A DNA stretch of 32,646 bases from Lenisia limosa (lineage: Eukaryota; Protista; Breviatea), in contig LPNZ01009416.1 of assembly GCA_001655205.1 (NCBI GenBank), positions 1 to 32,646 on the forward strand, read 5' to 3'. The notes below the pieces were generated by a model. That model made no database searches and was not told the DNA's origin. It saw only the letters and a program-made list of their open reading frames with translations. Both the position numbers and the translations under genes were made by a program. This document shows positions 10,553-22,500 of the stretch, one piece after another. Each line of letters starts with the position of its first letter. The first letter of the stretch is position 1.

Positions 10553-13500
10553 TCATGGAGAGCAAATCTCGAAACGGAAGGAACGACGTGGTATGCGCCA
10601 TGAAATTGCCAATTCTTTAGTGGAATGGCTGCAGTACTGCGTGGACGAGAATTCGAGTTTGAGTCGAACTTCTCCCGTTACCCAGTTTACGACTTTCTTT
10701 TGCAATTGAAAAGTGAATGGATCTCGGTAACCACCAACAAACCCCGTGAAATCACGAAAACTCTCTTTTTAATTAGTTTTAAATAAATCGTAGTATTATA
10801 TCAACTCCAGAAACACACAAAACAATACCATAACCCCACACACCATGCCCTATATATTGCACTTCATCAGGAGGTTGCTGGCAGTTCTGAGCCAGATATC
10901 CTCCTCAGCTTGAAGGTTGACAACTTGTCTCAGCAGACGTTGAGTGTGCTGTGGGGGTGAGCAAGACAAGGTGTGGGGTATTTTTGCGAAGGTGGGGGGT
11001 TGGGGGGTTGGTATTCCGTTTGGTCCCAAAAAAGACTGAATTTCCCGATAAATTCTCGATAAATATCGATATTTAAACTGTCTTTTTCGGACCGTAGGGA
11101 AGTCCTAATTATATGTATGATATGTTCTAAGAGAGTGTTTGATAGGTTGTTATGGCTGGCTATCTAGGCTGGACATGAGGGTTATATGGGTTGTTATTGG
11201 TCGACTATGTTGAATAAAAACCTAGTCAAAATATCATAAACATTTTGAGAAGAACAATAACGATGAAAACCCAATACAGATAAAGTGCCATACTCAGACC
11301 CTACCAAAACTCTTGACGTGTCCTTTGGCGGTTGAAGGGACAAAACACTGACCACTTTAACAGCCTGGCATCGCAGAGAGGCAGCCTGGGTGTTAACGCA
11401 TTCTACTGTTCTTATGAGGATGACTGTATGTTCTTATGAGGATGACTGTATATTCTTATGATGATGGTTATTCACGGAGGATATCAAATTCTACGGTTTC
11501 CTCAGAAGTCAGCAAGGCAGAAGGAAGGGGGTATGATTGCTCAAGGCAGAAGGAGTATGATTGCTTGCAAAACAGTACTGAATATCAGATCAGGTATTAC
11601 CCCCCCCCCTCCCCCAGACTTGCTCCTTAATTTGTCGTACAGATGTTTGGGGCACTGGAATAGGAACCTGGAAATGTGAGAACCATAATATTGCTGAAAA
11701 ATTAATACCAGTATCAATTCATGGGGTTGCAACCACACCCCATAATCGACTCAAAAGAGCTTGATCCTTGATCAATCCCTCATGAGCGGACTTGGTCCTG
11801 GGGATCCCAGAGATCTTCCACTCAAACAACAACAAAATATCCTGGAGAGCCCCCCCCCCCCNNNNNNNNNNNNNNNNNNNNNNNNNNNNNNNNNNNNNNN
11901 NNNNNNNNNNNNNNNNNNNNNNNNNNNNNNNNNNNNNNNNNNNNNNNNNNNNNNNNNNNNNNNNNNNNNNNNNNNNNNNNNNNNNNNNNNNNNNNNNNNN
12001 NNNNNNNNNNNNNNNNNNNNNNNNNNNNNNNNNNNNNNNNNNNNNNNGAAGGTGAAGGGGAGGGGTGAAAACGGGAATGCAGGCACTACACCAGTAACGT
12101 TTTCACAGTGTTTCGGAACGGTATGAGAGAACCAAACCGACCTGAGTTGGGAAATTTGTGTCTGGAGTGCCTTTGACTGTTCAGTGGCTTTCGGGTCTAT
12201 GGGGTTAAGACGGTATGAAAAGCCGAAACGATATTTGTGATAGGGGTTACGGGCTATTTTGTTTCACAAAGTTGAAATAATCATCAATCCTCACCCCCCC
12301 CCCCCNNNNNNNNNNNNNNNNNNNNNNNNNNNNNNNNNNNNNNNNNNNNNNNNNNNNNNNNNNNNNNNNNNNNNNNNNNNNNNNNNNNNNNNNNNNNNNN
12401 NNNNNNNNNNNNNNTCGTGCTCCACCCGCGTGAGGGCAGTCTGTAAGCTCTCAACTGCCTCGCGATACACTGAGTGGTCAACATGGGGGGGAGAGAGGCA
12501 AAAATGGACAATTTCAAAAAAAAGAGTTTTTTTGAAATACACATCCGAACAATCTTCTATTGGCCTTTTTCGAACAGAATTGGGGACCTTAGCTCAATAT
12601 TAGGTGACTCTCAGTTCCCATTAAATCATCTAAAAAGAGCCACAGCCAAGTCATTTTCGGTACCCAAGGGCCTACTTTTGACCTTTTCATTGGCCTTGTT
12701 TTGTGCTTCGCGAAGCTAAAATGTAAGGCTTGTCTTGAAGATAATCCAAGTTTGGTTCTAAGGTTAGAGAGCAATCACTTCTCTTTTCCTCTTCAGAGAC
12801 ATCATTATCGTTAAACCCAGTCCCCCCCCCCACCTCTTTGGAGTCGCTGTTGTCTTTGACCACAGCCGTTGTTGGCGCTCTCTGTAAACGCTCTTCCAAC
12901 ATCAGAACTGTGATCTTCAAATCCTGGGGTATTGGCAATTTGTTGAAAAGGAAGAGTAGAAATGGCTAATGTAAACACATTCAAGCGTGGCATGTTGAAA
13001 TGAAGGTTTTCCAAGCGGTTATAATGGAGTATGAGACACTAGGAACTTCCACCATCCGCCCAGAAAGGATGGCATTGCTTGATTTTTTTTTTTTTGAAAT
13101 TTCTTGTGATTAATATCGACAGCATATCATCCTCAATAGCAGAAGGTGATTTAAGGCGAGAAAACGTTTTAGGAAATGGTAGGCGAAACCCACATTGACT
13201 TCTTTCTCAGCATGGTGTCTCGCTCTTTTGTCGTCACCAGCTTCGTTAATAGCAAAAGATAAGGACTGTCGCAGGGCTGAAGGGCATGAGAGGAAAGCTC
13301 GATGTACTCTCCCCTCCTGCTATGCACCAATGAACAAATAATACTACAACACCCCCCCCCCCCNNNNNNNNNNNNNNNNNNNNNNNNNNNNNNNNNNNNN
13401 NNNNNNNNNNNNNNNNNNNNNNNNNNNNNNNNNNNNNNNNNNNNNGTAAAGACACTGCTCCAGACTAAGGGGTCAAGCCATGTGTAACGTGTCGCCCCAA

Positions 13501-16500
13501 GTTCCCATATTTGGGTAGTTTCAAATATTTATTCGATTTCGAATGTATATATAATTTATCTTGTCCAAAAACAATTGTCAAATGTATGAATAAGATCAGA
13601 AACTCTCTTTCAAAACAACCATCCTCACTTTGGACAAAACGTATTTTGAGCCGTCAATGGCATCCAGGTCTATAGCACCGCACACCGTTGTCACCATTTC
13701 GTTAACCTGGGGGGGGGGGTGATTAATCCAAGATTCTCGATCTCAAAAGAAGAGCATCATTCAGTAAATGATATGAGTTGTTGGTAGTATCTGTAAGCAA
13801 ACCTCAGTTGAGAGTGAATTCAGGATTCCCATTGTCTACAAGGGTAAATGTCATGTCAAAAAGATCAAACAAAGCCACTGATAAGATAATGTCTCAATTC
13901 CTAGAAAATGATCGACCTCTCATATCAGTACAGCACCCAACCTCTTCGGCAATTTCAGTCAAGGCGTCTGAGCACATTGAAAGGTACACTAATTCCACGC
14001 TAAAAAAAAGGTAATTGCGATTATATTTGGCTACAGAGAATAATTGTCGACATAATACACATTACAAGACATGTACTTAATAAAAAGAAGGATTGTAAAA
14101 CATACAAAAAAGACCATTCTTGCATACGATAAGTAATAATAATTGTCCTTATTGATGGGCGGCTTTGTATCAATACTTCCCTACCTCTCTGACACTTCGC
14201 CTTCTTCATTGAGTTCCTCCTTAGATGGCCTAATACGTAAGTGAAGGAAACTGCTGTAATAATGAAACAGCCAGGTAATATAGACTATATAAATAAGGCT
14301 TCACTACAGTCCAAAAAAGAAGGATAAAATATCGATATTTATCAAAGATTTATCGAGAAATTTCTTCTTTTTTGGGACACGTAGGGAAGCCTCATTTTAT
14401 GTTAAGCATCATGCGAAAACCCGTGATACCCACTTTTGTGGCCAACTAAACTGCTGAAGTGGCGGGATCAGAGCTTCAATGGAAGACAGCTCCTCCAACA
14501 CGCCTGAAACCACCTTGTCTTGCTCGGGGTTGATGGGACGGTTCTAGAGGGGGGTTGTGTCACCAATGGTTGAAAGCACAGTGTTTTGACATGCTACACG
14601 TTACTCAGCGCACTTTGATTCTCCTGATAGCCCGTTGCACAGAGCTGATAAAACTGTGGCATGTTTTCGCGATACCTGGAGCTCCATCAGAATGGATGAT
14701 TAACTATTCATGTACTGTGTATACTTGATCTGATTATATCCACAAAGATCAACCTTCATAATTATAGTACATAATCAAAGTTGAACCATAATTTAGCAAT
14801 GAGAAATAAAAAACAAGGTTGTGTCTGGCCAAAGCCGTCCACACCATTATGCTTATTATGCTTATATAATGTTAATTCACCCAATCATTTGCCTTACAAC
14901 TCTGTGCACACAGCTTTCTGCGTGCCTCCCCAGCATAATACCCATACCTACAACCCCCCCCCTAGCCCTGTCTACCAATAAGGGGCTCCGGAAGGGTCGC
15001 AGTAATGTGGTCCGCAAGCCACACAGATGACTTGTTACTCTCCTAAAGGGTCAAACAGATGCCTTAATGAACAAAACCACACCAGCATCCATTTGTGTTT
15101 ATTGCTCTATTACACGGCTACCCTCAATATGCCCACCAAAATATGGGTCAAATGCTCAAGCGCTGCCAGAATAGCCCAGGCCTGGGTCTCAGCAGATCTC
15201 AGAGATCTTGAGAAGTGTCGTCCTTTCCTGGGGNNNNNNNNNNGTCAAACCGCTGTTGCAGGGCTTGGAACTCATGGGATGTGTGCTCAAACTGGGGGTG
15301 AGGGGTGAGTTAAAGGGGTGTTTTGAAGAATCCAATTTCTGTGTTTACGTCGCAAGGATAAAGTGGGCAAGTGTAGCCCAACTTGGACCTTGGGCTTCAC
15401 TTCGGTTCAATAAATACTGGTTAAATATCGATGGTTTTCGAGGATTTTTCGACAAATTAAGTCTTTTTCGAACTGAAGTGCATCCCTACTTGTGCCCCTT
15501 TTTCTCCTTGTCCCCCCTTCATAGCTCACCTTCTCTTTGTACATCTTCTGCGACTGAATCAAGGCTTTCTGTACTTCTTTTGGCCTGATAAAAGTAAACA
15601 CAGAAATTGGGGAATGCTATTATATATCTGGCCGANNNNNNNNNNAATTTAATGACATTATAATATATTGCAAAACAACATCATATTTGCTTGAACAAAA
15701 TGTTTTTTTTTGGCTGTCAATTATCCCAGTCACATGATGCTCAGCATTGTCTTTGGCAAAATTCCAAAAGCCCCCCCCCCCCCAACTGGAAAGCAGTCCA
15801 ACTCTGAAACTTTGACGGAGTGAGCGGAAGAAGATTGACAGCAGAGAGCATAGACTGTTCCAGGCTTTCTATGGGGGGAAAGAGAGTACGTCCCATTTGG
15901 CTGTAGGGTCACAAGGCAAACATTTTGGTTACAACCAGTACTTCGTGCAATGTAGAATCATTTCATGGATAAAAATCTGAAATGACTTTCTCGTTACAAT
16001 ATGTTACACTCATTCCAAATGAATATCCAATCAAATGCAAGGATTCAGATTAGTCTTAAAACTCCCCCCACTAGCCCTGAGGGCGAAGGCTGTTATCCTT
16101 GAGGTTGAGACCTAGGCTGTCGAGAGCAGAATGGACCACTCGGAAATCTTGTCTTGGGGGGGAGTAAAATTAAAAAATTTATGAAATAAAAAAGGCCCAA
16201 AATCAAACTTGTTGGCTGACAACACGTAAAATTGGAATATTTATGAAACAAAAACAAAGTCCAATATCAACTCTGAGAAGAGGTCAGGTCTTGTAAAGGT
16301 GGGAGGGCAGCCATACATGCACCTGAGCATATACACACCCGAGCATCACTACAGCAATACACGCACCTGAGCATCATTGCAGCCTTACAGACATGCGAAG
16401 CGCTCTCAGTCAACACCTCGGTATTTGACTCTCCGACGCTACTCAGTCCCCAATGCAAGATGTCGTCGGCACTCTGCAGGGCCTGGTCCAAACTCGTCGC

Positions 16501-19500
16501 ATCCGACCGGGCCATGATGATGGATAGTCTGGGGACGGGGAGGAGTAAAATTGGGAAATTTGAAAAAAAGCCCAAAATCAAATATGTTGGCTGACAATAC
16601 ACGAGGGTTGAGAAAAACAAAACAAAAAAGGCCCAGGCCAGTCTGGGGCATAGTCTACATTTTTAACATAAAATACGTATCAAAGAAAACTCTAATTATT
16701 TAATAATCATGAAAATAGTGAGAGTTTCAGACCTTTCTTCCGGCTTGGGGAAAGGGCAACCATCATAAGGCTGTTCGGCATTGGCTAGTAAACGAGAAAG
16801 CTCGGATGTTCTGTGATATTAGGAAAAATGGTGTGGTCCCCTTGAAGGTCCAGACGTGAGTGGGATATATCAAAACAACGCTTGGCTAATGTTGAAACAA
16901 AACAGGTAGCTGCGCCCCTTTACAAAGCAATGTCATGGGCAAGGTCAATGCACGACTCAATGGCGGGTCCGTAGTTTGTCACAAAGACTGGAGGAAGGAG
17001 CGACTGAATGTGTCATTGGAAAATTGACGAAACAATTCAACAAAGGTTCGCATCGACGCTAACAGAGTAGGTCTGAGCTCTTGAAGCCTCAGCAGCGGCC
17101 TTGGCAGCAACGCTCGCAGCCAAGACCCTTGATGACAGGCACGAGAACAGTGACGTCTAAAATAGGTTAGATGGAATGCGCTGAGCATTTATGTAGAAGA
17201 TGGGCAATTTTTTTTGCTGATTGCTGATTTTCATGGAAGTTGCTGACGTTTGGTCGAGGGTTCGATTCTCCATGAAATATCGCTTTTTTTCCCTCTCAGC
17301 AATTTTCGATTGTACGTCAGCAACTTTCATGGAAATCAGAAAAAAAATACGTCAGCCAACCACAAAAGGCCCGTAGAAGCTGTGCCAGGGCTAGCAAAAG
17401 ATTGGAGGAATTAATTTAATCTTGTTATCATCCTCCTTTAGAAAGGTGACCCTTTTGCTTCGGCCATAAAACGCCATTATTCTCATTTCTACAAAATATA
17501 CAATAGCAACAGAGCTCATTAAAAGAGTCACTCCGAATGAACCGTAGGTACCCCACTTTCAGCTCAACATTATTGACAAGCATTCTTCGTGACATCAGGG
17601 CTGAACTATCCGGTGTTGCTGTCTCCTGAGCCTGAGTCTGGAGTACCTCAATTTCTGAGGAAAATCAAGGTAAATAGCAGGAACAATATATACTTAATGA
17701 TATGTCTATGAAATTCTATCATTGTGTAAGAACCAAAATAGGAACTATTTGATGGTTTCTTAAAAATAAGAAAAAATCTGATAATTAATTCTGAGCTCTA
17801 TGAAGACCACCTTGCTTAAGTGCCTGGATCAAGACACGATAATCTCGCACATTACGCTCCATTGTGGCCATGCGGTCTTCGGAAGCCACGAGCGCTGCCG
17901 ACGTTTGAACCAGTGTCGACTCGGTTTGGTCTGGTGGGTTCGTTAAAAAGAGAAATCGGGTGCTGAAAGCAGAGTGAGAGGGGGCAAGGAAGAGCAAGAA
18001 GAAAGAAAGAGCAAGAAAGAAAGAAATAAAACACCCCCCCCCCTGGCACCAAGTTGGACCATTAGCTGTTCCTCATGTTGTAGATGTTCGGACTCAAGCT
18101 CTTCCCCAAGCGACACGTCCTCCCGCAACGTCTCGACTTCTTGTAAAAGCTCTTCCAGTTTCTACGTGGTTACAATAAACCTCGAAAAGCCCCATGAAGA
18201 TCAATACAAAATACACCACCACCTGCATCAAATCCAAAAGTTCATATGCTATTATCACATAACTAGGGCTTCCCTACGGTCTAATAATAGACTGAATTTC
18301 TCGATAAATGATAAATATCGATATTTACCGGTCTTTTTAGGACCTTAGGGAAGCCTCCCCCCCCCCCCTACCGTCTCAAGGTCCGCCTTGGCCTCCACCA
18401 NNNNNNNNNNNNNNNNNNNNNNNNNNNNNNNNNNNNNNNNNNNNNNNNNNNNNNNNNNNNNNNNNNNNNNNNNNNNNNNNNNNNNNNNNNNNNNNNNNNN
18501 NNNNNNNNNNNNNNNNNNNNNNNNNNNNNNNNNNNNNNNNNNNNNNNNNNNNNNNNNNGAAATTTTGATGAAGAATATTGGTTTAAGGCGTGGGCGTATT
18601 GTCTTGTTTCTCAAGTATACTCTCAGGACCACTAATTGCCAAGCCAAGAAATACCAGTATTGCCAATGCCTTGATATTGATCAGCTCCCCCCCTCCCCCC
18701 CCAACTTCGGTCATGCTTTTGTTCTCTTCTTCAAGTCCTTCAGCTCTATCTGTCAGCATATCCACCTGTCCTAGGGAGAGGAAGTCAAAATACAAAACTG
18801 GGTAATCTTTTCCAATTTTGGAGCCCAAAATATCAAGTTATTATGACTAATAAATGGGTACCGATTGTACTTTTTTTGAAATGCACTTTGTCACACACTG
18901 TTTGATATTATAGCTTCATGTATTATTGTTTTCTTCGGTCTTAAGAGAGTACCCAATTAATTCTAGATGATTTGTATTTCTGGAGGGTTGAGGCGTCCGT
19001 AAGCACTTACCGGTTAGTTCTAAGCACTGTTCCTCAGAAAGCAGTAATTCTTCCTCCAGTGCTTCACGGGCCTAAACACATGAGTATGACGGTGAGAGAA
19101 ATGCAGAGGATTTATATTGGTACTCATTTGACAAATATATCAATGGAGTCTAATGAATGTGAAAATGTTGTCACTATCCAATGTAAGCCTAGTCAAATGC
19201 TTGCCCCCACAAACAGTCTGTTGCTCCTGTGCAATTGCCTTCAGTTTAATTAGGGCCTCCTTCAACTTTCCCTCGTTAGTCTTAAGCTTCTCCATTTCAG
19301 CAATTGACATGCCGGCACCATCTGAAGGTTAACAGGTTAAAACATGGCTGAGGATTTATCAAGATATTGATGCCAGAGGGAAGCCCGCGACTAACAACTA
19401 AGAGCAGGACTAGTTAATAATACACATGAAATATGATAGCACATAACAGGGTACGCCCAAAAACTACTATAAGCACCAAAGATGAGCCCATAGCAGTCAC

Positions 19501-22500
19501 CGTACCAGAAGCAACAGCAGATGTGGATGTTTTGAGTTCGGCAATGCTGTCTTTCAGCTCGGATATCTAAGCAGATTACTCAGGATATCATATGTCTGTA
19601 TTTGAGCACTCCAGTGAGGGTTCTCGGTTNNNNNNNNNNNNNNNNNNNNNNNNNNNNNNNNNNNNNNNNNNNNNNNNNNNNNNNNNNNNNNNNNNNNNNN
19701 NNNNNNNNNNGAAGAGTCGCGGACATCTTGGAGTTCCTCCTGGGCGATCTCAAGATCGGCCTTGACTAACTCAACCTCCTCCTCCGCCGCCTCCTTGTCA
19801 AGAGTCAGGAGCTCAACAGATTCCTGGGGGTGAGTAAAACATCGATATTTATCAAGGCTAATTTCTCATTTTCAGTATTGAAAGTAAGTCCTTTTCAGAT
19901 GCCAAGAGAGAGGAATGATATCATCAGATAATACAAAGCAATGAGAAAAACAAGGTTATATCTGGCCGAATCCGTCCACACCATCACACTTTTAAGAGAT
20001 ATTAAAATTATAGTATCATATTAATTCACCCAAACTCTGTGTTAAAAGCTTCCTGTGTGCCTTCCCAGCAGACAGTAATAACAATAATAATAATAATCCA
20101 ACCTGGAGGTTTTCAATTTCATCTTTTAGAGCCTGTGTGGAGGATTCCCCAGATTGCTGTTGACTGGAGCTGGCCTGGGAGAGGGGTAATCATCATGGTT
20201 TAGATGGATAAAGTAGGACTGTATTTCAACCCTAAATGCCCTATAGTATCAATTTATTGATGTTTCTCACTGCCTTTATCAAGTGAAATGTATACTCTCC
20301 CCCTCTCCCTCCCTTCAGCACACCTTCTCCATCCATCCAATTTTCTTCTTCAGTTCGGCCACAGTCTTTTCATGCTCCTCAGCAGCTTTGTTTTGTTCTT
20401 CCTCCATGTCATTCATCAGTGCGAGTTGCTCTGTCTCAGTAGAATTCAGCTCTCTGTTAAATGTAATAAGAAGGAACAGAGATCAACAAAAGAACCCGAA
20501 TGGATGATTATGAGATAGGCAAGCGAGGATTTGAAATGCTTCCCTTTTCTCGTGAGGTTCGTGGAGCTCATATTGATATTTCGTATTTATTGTCAATATT
20601 TCAGCCAATTATCAACCATCCAACTCAATTTCTTGTTTGAGTGACGCGATGGTGGAGTGGGCGCTGACTAACTCTTCCGACGAACCAGAAAGAGTGTTCA
20701 CAGCTGAAGCGTGATGTCAATATAACTTTTGAGCACTGCATTTAACAACCTTCTTCCTTTGATTCGGACTGAAAAAATGCTACTCTAACTGAACTATCCA
20801 CCAGGAGCAATGAAGTTCACCGGCTCACTCAGAATGTTTGACATAATCCCAGGGCTGTAAAAAACACCTTACACAGAACACAGAAATCCACAGTAGAGAG
20901 TTGAAATTAACGCATATGGAAGGTTCTGATTACGGTATACACCTGTTCATATAATTAAGGTTTATGCAAGAAGTGGACTTCAGCACTCACATTTTCTCAG
21001 AACTCTGACATCCTCCTCGCGCGCAAGAACCTCCTCGCGCAACGCCTCGATCTGAGCATTGAGCTGAACGTTCTCCTTGGGGTCGCTCGGGGTGGTTTTG
21101 GAATCTGTTCGCATGGCTAAGTCGGCACGGAGGGCTTGGGACTCTGTTGTGTGAGACGATCTATGATAAGTTGATGAGGAAAAAAATGTTATTCTGAATT
21201 TCAAAGCAAAGTAAGGTAAACTATCAGCAGCTGCTTGACGATCAGTTTGTAGAGGTACACTAGCACACAATAACACAAAGTTCTTAAGAACCTTCTCATT
21301 CCCAACTCACCCAATTTAGCCTCCTTCAGCTGTTCAATAGCATCAGATAAATCAAGGGCATTTTGTTGGGCTTCCTCTTGATATTGCTGAGAGTTGTTTG
21401 CCTCCTTTGCGGTGGGTTAAAAATTTAAACAATGAAAGAGTGAAATTGAATTTTGACAAAACTTTGCTGACTTCTTGGACCTTGCTCTGTAGTGCAGCAA
21501 TCTGGCTATTGAGGTCGTTGATAAGGGTCTGCTGGTGGTTTACCTTGTTCAGTAACCCGAGATCTGCAGAGGACGGCGGGGGTACTTGGAGTTCTGTGGA
21601 GGTAAAATAAGGAAGTTGCCCCTATATTGATTCTTCATTTATTACATGATGAAAAATCGAAATTGTCAAAATAATCAGAAACAATTTCAAAAGTACTCTA
21701 ATCCAGTATCTCTTAAAAGGGTGCCAAATGGAACCTTGTATTTCTCGTTTCTACATACTGCTTATGTCACGCCCCTCGTTTCAATACCTTTTACTGGCGA
21801 CACTTCTCTTGTTGTCTGAGAAGCTACAACCATTAGGGGAATATCAAAGGACAATAATTCTGGCCAGCATATGTCATAGAAATGATGGTTTGTGATTAAT
21901 TATTATTCATCGCCAACCCAAACTTTTTGGCTCGGAGCTGAACACGAAGCCAGTCTGTGGTAGCTTGGCGGGAGATGGGATAGGAGCCAGGGGGATGGGT
22001 GACGTGTCCCCGACCTGGGTAACTGCCGGTTCTGGCTCCTGGACAGGAACACGGTTGCTGCGTTCGGCCTTTCGCGCTCGAAGCGCTTCGAGCCTGTCGT
22101 GTTAGCGTTATGCTACATTATCAAATATTTTGGCCTCTCACCTCTTCCGCCTTTCCTCGGTCTCCGGAGACGCAGCCGGCACTTCCTTCACAGCCAGGCT
22201 GGCAGACGTGCCCAGGGAGGGGCGAGGTGCGGGCTTTCCGTTCTTCAGACCCACGTCGGATGTCCTCTACAACGGTAATGATAGGTTGCTTCTGCTTCCA
22301 AAACCTTCCATTCAGAGGGAACAGAAAAAAGATCATTTTGGTATTCAAGATCATCAAGTTTTAATAACATAATACTCCTCTTTGCAAAACATGAGAGACA
22401 AAAAAATAGTCCTCAGTCTGCTTTCAAAAAGAGGCACAACACAGACCTTTGGAAGCTTGCTTGCTCCACCAAGAGACGGCCTTGGTAACTTCGTCTCTTT

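Noticed and set aside
10422-10709. 95-aa plus-strand ORF as a separate gene or RPAP3 extension
   Set aside because: RPAP3_C ends normally at RKKYKV*. The opposite strand better explains this DNA as the DCTN1 tail.
11062-11075. TATCGATA as a DRE/DREF promoter element
   Set aside because: All clear occurrences are inside intronic MITE copies rather than promoters, and there is no evidence of a DREF system here.
11719-11721. Apparent in-frame TGA in DCTN1 (ATP*IDT), suggesting readthrough or a genetic-code change
   Set aside because: A GT donor just upstream and a CAG acceptor downstream place it inside a ~68-nt intron.
17251-17275. tRNA gene suggested by GGTTCGATTC
   Set aside because: No cloverleaf, acceptor stem or anticodon arm could be folded. 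It is kept only as a B-box-like motif.
12500-17300. Retrotransposon or transposase remnant (initial impression from the fragmented ORFs)
   Set aside because: The region resolves into DCTN1 exons and introns. No RT, integrase or DDE motifs were found.
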